In this document: positions 40,620-54,529 of the stretch, in pieces | Layout: each line of letters begins with the position of its first letter | Numbering within the stretch: position 1 is the first letter of the stretch | Assembly: GCA_964016885.1 (NCBI GenBank) | Contig: OZ024743.1 | Span: forward strand, 251,348,001 to 251,412,000 | DNA: 64,000 nt | Reading direction: 5' to 3' | DNA from: Eledone cirrhosa | Taxonomy: Eukaryota | Notes under the pieces: generated by a model | Seen by the model: the letters and a program-made list of their open reading frames with translations, nothing else | What the model was told of the DNA's origin: nothing | The model's database searches: none | Translations under genes and position numbers: made by a program

Positions 40620-41138
40620 CATTTACATATGTATATATATATACATATATATGTATATATATATACATATGTATGTATATATATACATATGTATATATAT
40701 ACATATGTATGTATATATATATATATATATACATATATGTATATATATATATATGTATATATATATATTTATACATACATACATATATGGACAACAAGAA
40801 CAGTGCCTGCAATGTATTTGTGATTGTTACTAGAATGTCTGGTCAGCACAATTCATGGAATATTTTCTGGGAGATGAAAAAGAAAACACTGAAAAAAATG
40901 AAGACATGCTGATAATATAGAGGATTATAGGATTATAAGAATATGGGAATATGGAAATGTTATGCTTTTTAGCTATTTTTTTTTTTTTTTTTTTTTCACT
41001 CATCTTTTCTGTCACTTAAGATGTGAAAGATTTATTTATAAAGAAATAGCAGAGACAGGCATGTATACGTTATACACATAAACAGTGACATACATGCCAG
41101 CATAGAGAGTGACACACACACACACACACAAACATATA

Positions 41139-41183
<45 letters not shown>

Positions 41184-41371
41184 TAATATATTAATAAATG
41201 GAAACTATATTTATAAAACCATAATTATTTTATTATATATATTTCAAGGGCAACCAAGGCAAATTTTGGTGCGCTTTCATCAGATAAAATACAAAATTTG
41301 TTTTATAAATGTTGACATACCCGCAGAAAAACAACCTTGACGGTTTGCGGTTCGCTGGATAGACTATCCAG

Positions 41372-41705
41372 CGGTGGTGGCAGTGGTGGTGGTGGTGGTG
41401 TTGGCAGTGGTGGTGGTAGCGGCGGTGGTGGCAAGGTGGCAGTGGTGGTGGTGGTAGTGGTGGCAGTGGTGGCAGTGGTGGTGGTACTGGTGGTGGTGGT
41501 GGTGGCAGTGGTTGTGGTAGTGGTGGTGGCAGTGGTGGCAGTGGTGGTGGTAGTGGTAGTGGTGGTGGTGGTTGTACTGATGGTGGTGGTGGTGGTGGTG
41601 GTGGCAGTGGTGGTGGTAGTTATGGTGGTGGTGGTGGTAGTAGTGGTGGTGGTAGTAGTCATGGTGGTGGTGGCAGTGGTGGTGGTGGTGGTGGTGGTGT
41701 TGGGG
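41372..41705. repeat. (GGT/GGC/AGT)n microsatellite
   Basis: Direct. Confidence 0.93.
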
Positions 41706-41989
41706 GAAGGTTGACTTGAATTGCTACATTATTATAATACATCAAAATTGGAAAGAATGTTAGAATAATGTAAAAACTGTCAACAATAGAGAGCTGAAGG
41801 GTTGGTGCAGTTGAAGATTCATGAATGGTGTAGAGAAAAAACACACATACATACAGACAAAAGCACATAATCACATACATATAAAACACACAGAAAAAAG
41901 GGGATTTGTTAGAACCCTTCAGTCATGTCACAGTGAGACAACTTATTTAGTTTTGGTGATCTACATGATAAATGCACGTAGTATACACT

Positions 41990-42650
41990 GTCGAGTGTTT
42001 GATGAGAGAAAGGGCATCCATCTGCAGAAAGCGTGCCAAACAAAGGTTTAGGAGGACCTTTCTGTCATGTCAAGGTCATGACAACCTCTCTAGTGCTGGT
42101 GAACTGCACTATAAATGCACTCAATACATGCTCTATAGTGGTTGGTGAAAGGAAGGGAATCCAGCTGTAGAAAGCTTGCCAAACAAAGGGTTCAGAGGAC
42201 CATTGAGTTGTGTCAAAGACATGACAACCTTGCCTGCCACTTAATAGAATGTAAGACCATATGTAAGGAGATGTAGATCCCCGCAGGCCTGTCTGAGAGG
42301 TCAGTAACCCTGCTTCAATACTGACTTGGTCTATGTAGACCTCTCCAACATTTACTAGCGTGATAACATGCATCTGCTTCACTCTGTAAAGTGGCTGGTA
42401 TCAGGAAGGCCTTATACCAGTGGAAACAACAAAAGCTCAAATAAGCTATTCAGTTGTGTTGAACACACAACAATGCCTCTAGTGCTGGTGCCATGGTAAA
42501 ACGGACCCTGTAAAGTATGAGAATGTATATGTAAGTGAAATGTAGCCCTTAGCCCATCTGTGTAGTCAGTAGCTCTGATTAAGTACTGACTAGGACTGTG
42601 ACAGCTTGTCCAACCATTTTAAACATTGAAAATAAATATTAAATGATGAA
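41990..42650 (+). mobile_element. Decayed tandem RTE-5'-motif modules (old bipartite RTE-derived repeats)
   Basis: GAAGGG.ATCCA.CTG.AGAAAGC.TGCCAAACAAAGG twice, CCTCT..AGTGCTGGTG twice, similar to the RTE-1 5' UTR. Confidence 0.5.
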
Positions 42651-43609
42651 CAGAATATATAAATACACACAAACACACACACACACATATATACATATGC
42701 ATATGCACACAGACACACAGACACATATATATGTGTAAAGACTTATTAATAAGTCCCTCAAAATTCTTGATAATTTTCTAAAACATTTGAAATTCAAAGG
42801 CAGTTTCTTTCATTAGAAATATTGTAAGAAAAGGTTCAAACACAAGCAAAAAAAAAAAAAAAAAAATTCCACAACAGTATCCCTAGGCTAAGTATTATTT
42901 CATTTTGTTCCATAAAATTGAATACAGCAGCAGTAACAGGTGTAAGATTAATGGTAGCAGCAGCCACATTTCCAGATTCCTAAGATTAAAATATAAAAGG
43001 AAAAAATAATAAAATGATAATACAAATAAGATGTAATTTAAAATCATTCTACACTGGGCAGACAACACACACACACACGTACACACATATGTGTGTGTGT
43101 GTGTGTGGTGTATATATATATATATATTGTGTGTGATGTATATCTATATTGTGTGTGTGTGTGTGTGTGCCTGTATATATATATATATATGTGCGTCTGC
43201 CTGTATGTGTGTGTGCATATATATATATATACATATATAGAAAGAAGGAGAGAGAGAGAGCGAGAGAGAAAGCAAGAAATATATTAACATTTGTCTTCAG
43301 GTTATTGTACAGTCTGCTACAAGAACAGAGATTAGAAATACCATTTCACCAATGAAACAATATTGTACTTTAGCTAGAATGGTCTGTGAATTTCTTCGAT
43401 AAAATAAGTGTGAAAGACAATTATTGCTGTATAGGAGAAAAAAAAAAAAGAATCAAGATTAGTAATATATATATATATATATATACTTACACATATATAT
43501 AGAATATTGTTTAAAAGCAAGAATACAAGATTTGGTAACGCTAAAGTAGCACTCTAAGAACATGTCTGCTAGCACTTGTCTGATAGTACTACAACTGTGA
43601 TATTGCAAA

Positions 43610-43676
<67 letters not shown>

Positions 43677-43787
43677 GTATGTGTGTGGTGTGTATGGAGT
43701 GTCTGTGGTGCGAAAACTAGGAAGACCACATGCGTGAGTGTATATGTATATACATACATATATGTGTGCGAGTGTTTGTTTGTGTGT

Positions 43788-43826
<39 letters not shown>

Positions 43827-44503
43827 ATATATATTTACATATATACATACATATGCTGAAACATAATCTGAAAGTTTCAAGATCTAGTTAAACCGCAGTA
43901 GCTGTTCAATATAGGAAGTGTTACCAAAGTTCTTTATTGGGAAACTTTTGTGGCAACATTCATTCCCAACATTTCAGGACACAATCTTGAAAAGTGAGAT
44001 TGCTTGTCTTCTTTTGTTTTGTGTGTGGTTTTATTATTATTATTTTCGTTGTTGTTCATGATGGTGAGGCTGATTATATCTTGATGCTATTTATCTATTT
44101 TTCATAATTTCATCTAGACATCCTTGTCATTCACTCATTCTTATAAGATTTATTGGTATAGTAATTTGTGTAAAATTATTTAGCCCTATTGCTACTATAG
44201 TTTTGATGAAAGTCACTAACTACGGTTTCCAAATAACTTTGAAAATTTTCAAGAATTTTGATGGATCTAGTAATTTAATTAACTTTCTTACTATTAAGCA
44301 TTTGTTTGGAATATAACATAAGAAACGTTCTTACAGAAAATTAAGATGGAAAGTTTTTATATAAATATGAACAATTGAAAACAGGTAGTTTTGTATCTTA
44401 AAATCAAAAGCAATTTCAGGTGTTTTGGTATCAAAAGGATTAAGCTGGTGTTTGGAACATAAGTTGACACATTTTCTTACAGAAAATTGTAACAGATGGT
44501 TTT

Positions 44504-44540
<37 letters not shown>

Positions 44541-46254
44541 TACTTCAGAATCCTATAAAGTGGTCATACTGATACCATGATAAAAATTACCCAGTTTAAC
44601 CTGTAAGGTGGTAGTTTTGGTGCCAGGAAAATAAGCTTCCAATCCATGCTGTAAGGTGGTAGGCATTAAGAAGCGCCTCTAGCCATAGAAAATCAAACCC
44701 AAAATGGATCATATGAGCATGACATGATCACCTGACCTGTCTAGCCTCATAATGTGATAGCCTGTCTAACCCATGCAAGCATAGAAAATAGATGTTGAAT
44801 GATGATGATGATGAATTCTGTGTCATAGAAAGAAGAGTGGTTTCAAATAGTTTGGTATCAGAAGAGATAAATTAATTAATTATGCCATATCCTTTTGTAT
44901 TGGAATGTCTATAGAAGAAAATACCCTATAGATATATAGAACACACCTTAATAACTAATCTTTCATTAAGTTTATTGCCAGATGAGTATATGTTAAACCG
45001 ATAAATTAATTTCTTCAAGATTTCTATGTACCATTACATGAATTGGTATAATAATTAAGTCTTCATTGGTTAATATTCTAATTACATCTTTATTTGCCAT
45101 CTTCCTATAACTGTTAGATCTTCAGTAATTGTTTGGGCCAATTTACCATTTCTGCTATTGATCTTTCATTAATAAACACAATATATTCCAGTACGACGTC
45201 ATAGTCTTCATTTTGCACAAATCTGTTGCTGCCTCAGTGGTTAAAGCAAAGCAGATGGAATCTGCATTGGTTTCAATGATGTGTATCAAGTTGTTCAAGC
45301 CACTGTTCTGCCTATTTATTAAAGAGCCAATACTAAGATCAGATCAAGAAAATGATCTTTCCATTGCTAAACTTTCTGCTCTCAGTCATGCTGAATTCTT
45401 AGCAAAATCATCACTGATTTTCTAGTGATATGAGGCAGATTTGAACTACAAATATACAGAACTAATTCACATATCACAAAGCATCCTGACTTATGTCAGC
45501 ACAATTCCACTAATACACTGGACTGGTAATTCATTTATCAATCCAAAAGGGTGAAAGCAAAGTTGATCTTGACAGGATTTAATCTTAGAGTATAAAAAAC
45601 TGGATAAATACTGACACACATGAGCAACAACTAATATGTATTCTTTGCCCATTTCACACCTCTTTAATACCCCTCTCTGCCATAGTCTTGCTTTCCAGTA
45701 TTCTTCATGTGTCTTCTACATATAGTGCATCCAAATGAAATTTTAGGTGCACTAGAGATGCAATGGAATCAAAGGCAGGGTAAGAGAGAAAAGAGATTTT
45801 GTGTGTGGCAGATGAACAAGGATAGTTGATAGCAAGATCAAGAGTGATATAAACACATTCTATTCCAAAGGAGGCTCCATATATATAGTTGATAACATTT
45901 GTTACATAGGCGACCAATATAGCAGTGTAGGTTGTTATTATGAAAGCAGAGTAGCCAGAATAAAAATGGGGGTGGAAAAAGTTGAGTGACCTATTATATT
46001 GATAACAAAGAGATTCTTTCTCCAATTCTCTTCCTATTTTGGGAAATGCTGCTCAAATTGAAAATGGAATGTTCAGGAGAAATATAGACAAATAATTTTT
46101 TATGGCTGTATGGTTAAGGAGTTTGCTTCATAAGCATGTTGCATCAGATTCAATCCCACTATGCACCACCTTCAGCTGGGTTGACCCAAGCCTTGAGAAT
46201 GTAATTTGGCAGATGGAAACTGGGGATTCCTATCATATATATATATATATAGTT

Positions 46255-46536
46255 ATGTTGGTACCACAACATCCAGTCCGAAATAAATGAGGTCGTGTAG
46301 GTGTCACAACAAAAAACACAGTCCACGCTGTAATGTGGCCGTGTAGGTAACACGGTAAAAACCTCCCAGTCCACACTGTAAACGTGGTTGGTGTTAGGAA
46401 GGGCATCCAGCCGTAGAAAATCTGCCAGACAGTCCTATACGATCAAGACAACCAATCTTGCCTCAAGTGGGAAAATTCCCGTCAAAACCCATGCAAGCGT
46501 GGAAGATGGACGTTAAACGATGATGATGATGATGAT
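46255..46536 (+). mobile_element. RTE-2 3' UTR copy (truncated)
   Basis: Matches reverse complement of 38808-39105; (TGA)n tail. Confidence 0.85.
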
Positions 46537-46585
46537 ATATATATAAACACACGTATATATATATTGATAGATAGATACATACATA

Positions 46586-46636
<51 letters not shown>

Positions 46637-47857
46637 AATGTTTGTCCCAAAAGTAAGAGTCCTGAGTTTTTATTTAAAAGTATATTACATAAATTTCGAC
46701 TTATTCACCACTCTTCCTTCAGATCAAATTTATTGTCCTGAAGGGCCTATATACATTGAAGTGCTGCATTACCATGTCGTACATAGGAAAATCAGTATCC
46801 TTAATTTTGAGACACTCCTTATATATATATATATATATATAATATATATGCATAATGTGTGTGTATATATATGTGCGTGTGTTTACATTTACTGTTTGAT
46901 TATATCTTGTAACCTTGCCGTTCAACAAAAAGAGATTGATTAAGTAAGTTCTAAACTTGAAAAAATAAGAACTGGTGTCGGTAGAATCAACTAAATCCTT
47001 TCAAGGTTCTGCTATAGCATGGCTATAGTCTAGTGACTGAAACAAGTGAAAGAATAAAAGAATATCATTGTGTACAGAAGAGTTAACATGTAATCATATT
47101 GATCAAATACAATGAGATTTTAGTGCGTGTCAGGAAAAAGAAAGACAGAAAACAAAATTGTATATTGCAATGTTTCTACAAGAAGGTCTGATATCAAAGA
47201 TGTATTGGAATCCTGCAATCTTTATAAGCAAATTATAGGATAGCAGCAAAATATATTCAAGAAAGACATGGTGCTGTGAAGACAAAGTTTCTCAAAAATC
47301 TATAAAGGATCCATTGTGGTTTCTTTGATGCCTGTCACTAAACTAAGAGACTCTCCATGTGTACAGCTTAGCAGGAATCTACAGAAGTTTCTTGGATCAA
47401 CAAACACTGGTCGAAGATTACTGAATATTCAAAAGATTTTTTTGTATCTTTTATATCACACACCATCATCATCCCCCATTTTAGATCTATTTTCAATGCT
47501 TGCATTGGTTACTACAAGCAAAATTCCTGCATAGCTTCTTTAACCTAGTAGGTTTATATACAGATCAGTATAAACATAGGAATTTTCCAAGGTAGCTTTA
47601 ATACAGGTACATATCTACTGTAATAGTATTTTCAGGTATCTCAAGTCTTTTTCAACAATGCATATATCTTGACAGTTTGTAACACAAACTTCCGAAAACC
47701 AGCCCATCATTTGGTCACTTCCCAATCAGATGAATACACACAAGTCAGATTAACTTTATCTCACTAGAAGGCAGAATAGGCAGATGGTTGTTAATACTTA
47801 AACCTTCCCTAAAGAAAGATAAACAAAGCTAATCATGAATCATTATTTAAGTTGTGG

Positions 47858-48233
47858 TTGAATTGACAGTATCGGTAGAGGGTCGGACGCCATGCTTTGC
47901 AGCATAGAGTTACGGCCCTTGCCATTCTGAGTTCAAATCCCGCCGATGTTAACTTTGCCTTTCATCAATTACGGGGTCGATAAAATAAAGTACCAGTAAT
48001 GTACTGGCTAATTTCTGGCCTTGTGCCAATAGTAGAAACAATTATTTAAGTTGGCAGTATCGGTAGAGGGTCGGACAAAATGCTTTGCAGCATAGAGTTA
48101 CGGCCCTTTACGGTATGAGTTCAAATCCTGCTGAGGTTAACTTTGACTTTCATTCTTATGGAGTTGATAAAATAAAACACGAGTAATGCACTGGGATAGT
48201 TGCTGGCCTTGTGCCAAAAGTAGAAACGATTAT
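47858..48233 (+). mobile_element. Two tandem SINE family A copies
   Basis: CAGTATCGGTAGAGGGTCGGAC..GAGTTCAAATCC..GGCCTTGTGCCAA.AGTAGAAAC twice. Confidence 0.88.
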
Positions 48234-48377
48234 TTAAGTATTTAGGCATAGCTTGTGGTTAGTTTTTGTAGCTGCTATGTACTGTTACTCATAAATGTAG
48301 AACATATGCCTTTACCATCACTGACTATGGAGCTACTAATTCTTTGAAATCCAACTAAAATTGTGTATTAATATATA

Positions 48378-48895
48378 TCATCATCATCTCATCATCTTCG
48401 TTTAACGTCCATTTTCCACGCTAGCATGGGTTAAACGGGAGTTGTCCCACTTGAGGCAAGGTAGGTTGGGTGACCATGTCTCGCTCATATAGGACTATCT
48501 GGCAGGTTTTCTACGGCTGGATACCCTTCCTAACACCAACCACATTTACAGTGTGGAACTGGGAACTTTTTACTGTGTTACCTACACGACCACATTACAG
48601 CGTGGACTGTGTTTTTTTTTGTTTTTTTTTGTCGTGACACATACACGATCTCGATCTCATTATCTCATTTATTTGGACAGGATGATGTGGTACCAACTTT
48701 ACAGAGAGAGAGGGTGGTGTTGGTGGGAGTGGGAGGATAGGGTAGGGTAGTGGATTGGGGTTAAGAGGTACCTACTGACTGCAGGTTTCGCTTTGTACAT
48801 AGGCAAGGCGGGTCTTTGTTATTACTGCGTAGCGCCAAAGATCTCGATCCAGTGACATTGTCTTAGAGAGGTGCAAGTGTGTAAGGTCGGAATTT
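48378..48895 (-). mobile_element. RTE-2 3' end (ORF terminus + 3' UTR)
   Basis: Encodes [21 protein letters not shown] as at 39216-39310, followed by the same UTR. Confidence 0.88.
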
Positions 48896-48915
48896 ACATA
48901 TATATATATATATAT

Positions 48916-49176
48916 CAGGGGCGAAGGGTGCATGCATTATAGAATCTTGAGTTGATCAATTGCATCGGTTGAAGCAAGCAGAATTTTGGCTGCTTACTAA
49001 ATCATAACATAAATAGATAACACACATACACACACACTAGATAACACTACATGCGGCTTTGACCGGGAGGGTCATTTAGAGGGAATTGGGGGGGGGGGGG
49101 TAAGGCTGCACAGCCCCACTTTCTGCCATGGCCATTGGACTGCATACCCTGCTTTCCAGGTTACCCTTCGCCACTG
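48916..49176. mobile_element. MITE with short TIRs (hAT-like)
   Basis: CAGGGGCGAAGGGT ... ACCCTTCGCCACTG (13/14 match) inserted in a TA tract; TSD uninformative. Confidence 0.7.
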
Positions 49177-49230
<54 letters not shown>

Positions 49231-49299
49231 GTGTGTGCGTGTATTTATAATATACATATATTTATATGTATATAGATCAGGATTATACCAGTTTGAAAC

Positions 49300-49452
49300 T
49301 AGAAGAGGGAGACCAAGGATGACATATATTGATGCCCTAAGGACAGACAGTAGTCTCTGGGAGACACAGGACGTGGAATTGATGATGAGGGACAGAGACT
49401 GATGGAGAGAACTTGTCCATGGATCTCGGGATTTTATCCACCCTAGATAGAT
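49300..49452 (+). mobile_element. 3' fragment of a third RTE family
   Basis: Translates RRGRPRMTYIDALRTD..LMMRDRD*WRELVH; (TAGA)n tail. Confidence 0.65.
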
Positions 49453-49721
49453 AAACTTGTAAGACCATTATTCAGCAGAGTATTCGAAACTTAGGATAGT
49501 AGAGTGTAAATATATGAGAGTTGGGGCCCGATGGGTGAGCTCTGGCTGTTTCAAAAGCAAATTTCAGACCATGTATATGTATATATATGTAATATGTATA
49601 TGTATATATTTTTCTTCCTAATAATCATCTTTTTCTCCCTGTTTTCATATATATATATATGAAAACAGGGAGAAAAAGATGATTATTAGGAAGAAATAAT
49701 CATCTATTTCTCCCTGTTTTT

Positions 49722-49978
49722 ATCATCATCATCATCAACGTTTAACGTCCGTGTTCCACGCTTGCATGGGTTTGGACGGGGGTATTCCCACTTGAGGCAA
49801 GAGTGATTGTCTTGCTCGCATAGGACTGTCTGGCAGGTCTTCTACAGTTGGATGCCCTTCCTAACACCAATCACATTTACAGTGTGGGTCTGGGAGGTTT
49901 TTACCATGTTGCCTACACGGCCACATTACAGCGTGGACTGTGTGTTTTTTTTGTCGTGACACCTACACGATCTCATTT
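49722..49978 (-). mobile_element. RTE-2 3' UTR copy
   Basis: Near-identical to 38808-39068. Confidence 0.88.
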
Positions 49979-50002
49979 TTTATACATATATATATATATA
50001 TA

Positions 50003-50838
50003 TCATCATCATCATTTTAAGTCCGCTTTTCCCTGCTTGCAAGAGTGGGACGGGTATTATTCAGCACAGCATCTCTCCACTCGTCACGGTCCATCGTCAT
50101 CTCCACCGTGAGCTTCAATGATCTGAGGTCTGTTCTCACCACCTCTGCTCATGTTTTTCCTGGTCTACCTCTACCACGTCTTCCTTCAACTGGCATTTCC
50201 TGGCACTTCTTCACCCATCGGTCATCCTCCATGCACATCACATGTCCATACCACCTCAGTCTCCTCTCCCGTACACTACATTCTAACCCTCTCAGACACA
50301 GTTTCTCTCTCAACACATTTATGCTGGGTCGTTCACGCACATTTACACTGCACATCCAACGGAGCATGCTTGCCTCATTTCTCTCCAGCCGTCACATATC
50401 CTCTGCAGTTGCTGCCTATGTCTCACTACCATGCAGCATCGCGCTCCTCACACAGGCATCATACAACCGGCCTTTCGTATGCAGGGAGAAACCCTTCTTC
50501 GTCAACAGAGGAAGCAGCTCCCTAAACTTCTTCCAACCCGTCCTTATTCTAGATACTATGGCCTCGGAACACGCTCCTCCCATGCTAATCTGATCTCCTA
50601 GGTACTGGAAGCTATCCACCACTTCTATAGCGCCCTCCTGCATTTGGAAAATGTGTCTATCAATGCGACTTCTACTGTCTAATTTCCCTGTACATCTACT
50701 GCATACATATTTCTCCCTACCTGTTAGTTTGCCTGCTATCCCGCTACATCTCTTGTGTACCCATGATCTGCATTGTGTGCATTTTATAGAATTTATGCCA
50801 GTTCCTTTTCTGCATATCGAACATGGCCATTTCCCTGA
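50003..50838 (-). mobile_element. 5'-truncated RTE-1 copy with stop codons
   Basis: Near-identical to 14451-15298; truncated just upstream of the PHD finger. Confidence 0.93.
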
Positions 50839-50894
50839 CAGAATAAACGGAAAAAATGAAACAAAATTTTATTTCTCACTCTTAGTACGGCTAA

Positions 50895-50944
<50 letters not shown>

Positions 50945-51044
50945 TTGCAAGGTTTTTGTGTTCTGTTATTATTTCTGGCAATATTATAACAATATGACCC
51001 TCCCCAAGTATAACAATATATATATATATATATGCATAAATGAG

Positions 51045-51146
51045 GTTGGTGTTAGGAAGGGCATCCAGCTGTAGAAATGAAGCCAGAATCAGTTCCCGTC
51101 CCACCCTTGTAAGCAGAGAAAAAGCGGACGTAAAATGAAATGAATG
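51045..51146 (+). mobile_element. SINE family B 3' fragment
   Basis: GGTGTTAGGAAGGGCATCCAGCTGTAGAAAT.AAGCCAGAATCAGTTCCCGTCCCACCCTTG. Confidence 0.8.
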
Positions 51147-51154
51147 AATAAATA

Positions 51155-51207
<53 letters not shown>

Positions 51208-51335
51208 GCATATATGTGTATGTGTATATATATATAATTATATATATATACACACATGTGTATGTGTGTGTGTATATATATATATATGCATGTATGTTGG
51301 GTATCTTTGTGACAGTGTGTGTGTATACATGCATA

Positions 51336-52912
51336 CACCTCATTTTTGTCATTGTCAATCTCAAATCTATCATCATCACCAATTTCATCATTACTGTAGG
51401 ATGACCAATTTTTTTTTATTTGAAGAGTGATGTAACAGACTTTGCCATCCTTGATTACTTGTCATAGAATTGTTAAAAAGTGTACTATTTTTTAAGTTTT
51501 ACAAAGGATTACAATTCTTGTATAAACAAATTTTTGCAGCCTACATTATTGTAAATTCACTTACATAAACCATTTTATACTATATAAAACATGGCGAAGA
51601 CAAAAAGGAATAACTTTTTATTCAATATTCACTTTTTTAACTCTCTTAACCCTTTAGCATTTAAACTGGCCATATCTGGCCAGAATTCTCTCACCTCTTT
51701 CTCATGAAACCAGCTGTAATTGGCCGCTCATACTGATGTTAAGGTATTGTTCTCAAAATAAATAATATCAAAACCCGAGAGATCCAATATTATGTGATAT
51801 AAAGCCTTTACCATGAAAATATAATAGTAAATATAGAGTAATGTAAATGCTAAAGGGTTAACATATTTCTAAAAATTCCAGCTCAATCATCTTTGGTAAT
51901 CAAAGTCAGCCTTAGTGTTCATAAAAATTTTAAGTTGTAAATATTTCTTGATTCACATAACCATATATAATATTCCCAACTACTAAACATGCTTTCAATA
52001 GGGAGGTAAGAATCAAACTTCTTGGCATTTTGACTGAATTAACTAAGAAACCTGCCTGCTTGGAAAGGAGCATTCTCCAAAATCAAATTTACAATTCTCC
52101 AAGTGTTTTTCATCGATTCAATTGAGAAAAGTGTCCATAAAATTATAAAAGATTGAGGCTTTGAAGGTGCTAACTTTTTGCTTAAAGATTTCCCCATCAT
52201 GGCACATCACATACTTATATTTCAGGAACGCAATCCAGGCATTCTACTCACAGGAGATTATCTGATTCTTGCTCTGCCATCTTTAGAACTTGTGCAAATG
52301 TTGAATCCAACTTCATCAATAAAAAAAAAAATTCTCTCAGACTTTTCTGTCAAAAGATCTGGAAATTCACAGGCATATCTAATTTTCTCCAAAGTTAAGT
52401 TTCTTTCAGAAATCACTTTACAAATCTTGAATGTAATGGATACTTTTAAGTCATTTATCAACACTTGTTTTTGACAACCTCACATTAAACTGCCCCCAAA
52501 ATATGTCATACAGCATTATAAAAGATATATTGCATTTTTCATCAACTGAAATTTGTATAAAGCTTTTCATTTCTTCAGAAATGTTACTGTTTTAAAAACC
52601 TCTTCAATTCTTTTGTTTGAGATGACTTACATCATCATCATCATCATCGTCGTTTAACGTCTATCTTCCACGCTAGCATGGGTTTATAATGCTTTTATAA
52701 TTTCATCGGGGCAATATCCAATTTGGAAGCAATTTCAGGTCCAGTACGGCCTTCATCATAATTTGATACAACTATGTTTTTGTTCTTCTGTTTGAAAATG
52801 ATTGTTGATGAATAATACACTTGATGAACACTAAATTTAAGTTGCAAATTAATGATAATGAAATGGAAGTTGACAATGACAAAATCTGTATTGATGATGA
52901 CAATATTGAGGT
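51336..52912 (-). mobile_element. Fossil IS630/Tc1-mariner DNA transposon
   Basis: Minus-strand fragments FFIDEVGFN (~52300-52326), LILENAPFQA (DNA..H-like, ~52058-52087), SYLPIESMFSSW (NPIE-like, ~51977-52012); imperfect ~55-bp TIRs starting CACCTCA at both ends. Confidence 0.65.
51650..51857. mobile_element. piggyBac-type MITE nested in the Tc1-like fossil
   Basis: TTAA|CCCTTTAGCATTTA ... TAAATGCTAAAGGG|TTAA. Confidence 0.88.
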
Positions 52913-52948
52913 GAAAACCCTTTATGTGTACATATATATATATATATA

Positions 52949-54300
52949 TCTACTATAAAGCTGACAGCCGTATGTAGGTAACAAACTTTCCACCAAACGG
53001 CTGGACCAAACAGCACCAAATTTGCACCGTAGATGTAACTTTTTCCAAGTAAAAAGGTGAGGGTATTTTTGTCTACTGAATTTTGTTAAAAGATTAAAGA
53101 CATTATTTAAATATTCACTTCTTTAAAATTTCAAATGTCAACACTTCCGGTTATACGTCATTCCTCACTTTTTCTTATGACGTCGCACAACATTCCCCTC
53201 ATTTTCTTAGTCTGTATGTCTGGCTGTCTGCATTAGATAACGTTTTTCGAAATATTTACTTCTGCGTTCTTTTTGTTTCAGAAGATCCCATTAAGGGTGA
53301 AAGCAGCGATTCTTTGCTTAAACTTTAATCTGTTATTTTAATATATATATTCGTGTACAGATGTTTTTGCATACACAAAAACAAAAACCTATTTATTTCA
53401 CGAAAGCACAGACGGCTTATCGTCATTGTTACTGTTCGAGGTTAGAGGACCACAGTCTTTCCAAGAGCTGAGAACCATCAATGGTTATCAATGTTCCACT
53501 TACCGTTTGGCTTGCCAGATGTGTGGTATGTTACACGGTGACAGCCATTGGCACCTCACCCTGCAAAAAGCAGCAACTGCTAAAGTCCCTTCTCAGCTGC
53601 GAACATTTTTTGCTATTATGCTGCACAACTGCGATCTCGCCAACCCTCTCACACTGTGGAACAATGACCGTGAAAGTCTAGCTGAGGACATACTCCACCG
53701 CACATGCAGACACAATCCGAATGTAACATACGATGTCGTTTTCAATGAGGCACTCATTTGTCTTGAAAACAGTGTCCTGGAGATTGGTGATAGGCCTCTA
53801 AGTCATACAGCTTACCTGCTCCTGACAGGAGTGTCCAGAGGTCAACATCTACAGAGCTTCTCCGCGAGACGAGCTACAAGATCAGTGATTCTCCCATGGT
53901 CAATTGTATGTAGGATGCTCTAGGGTTTAGTTTGCCAAACAATCTCTTCATCTTTGCTCCGGAGGGCCGAACAAAAAATATTGTATACTCTCAGGCTCTA
54001 ACAATGTAATATAAATATTTTCTTTGAATTTCTATTATGGTTGTACAAATTATTGTTTCTTAAAAAATGTGTTCTCTGTTCAGCCTTTATTGTTGTAACT
54101 ATCAATTTTCTTTAACGTACTGGCTGCTGAACTGGGGAATCCTAAAAACTATTCAAACCCAACATCAGAGCATGTTAACCCCCACCCCCATCCCTGACTT
54201 GAGAGTGCATGCGGTATTTTGCACTAGAGTGTAGGGGGGAATCCTGAAAAGATAAAATGCCGGTATACCTAGCCAGGTGCCAGCCAGACGGGCCAGCTAG
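52949..54300 (+). mobile_element. Internally deleted Helitron retaining RepHel fragments
   Basis: A|TCTACTATAAAG start; degenerate GC hairpin + CTAG|T end; RepHel remnants inside. Confidence 0.85.
53426..54009 (+). pseudogene. Helitron RepHel fragment: Rep-helicase linker fused to PIF1-like C-terminus
   Basis: LL..VRGPQSFQELRTING..TYRLAC..GML..DSHW..QLRTFFAIML..LW..LAEDIL, then FSHGQLYVGCSRV (53889) and TKNIVYSQAL before the stop at 54007-54009. Confidence 0.88.
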
Positions 54301-54482
54301 TATATATATATATATCTGAGTGTATGTGTGTATATGTATGTATACATCTGTATCAATATTTAGATAGATAAATAGATATACACACACACACACACTGCAT
54401 CCCACTGTGCAACAAGTACTACTCTGAATTGTAGTCTTCCTGCTCTTTGCACTGCAGACACACACACTCACTCCACCTCTCA

Positions 54483-54513
<31 letters not shown>

Positions 54514-54529
54514 GGGACAATCTGATAAA

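Noticed and set aside
41337-41714. Gly/Val-rich or Thr/Pro-rich ORFs (also 20370-20714)
   Set aside because: (GGT)n microsatellite translation
45100-47450. Unique-looking stretches (45100-45430, 45700-46080, 47200-47450) as coding fossils
   Set aside because: All frames interrupted; no motif identifiable with confidence
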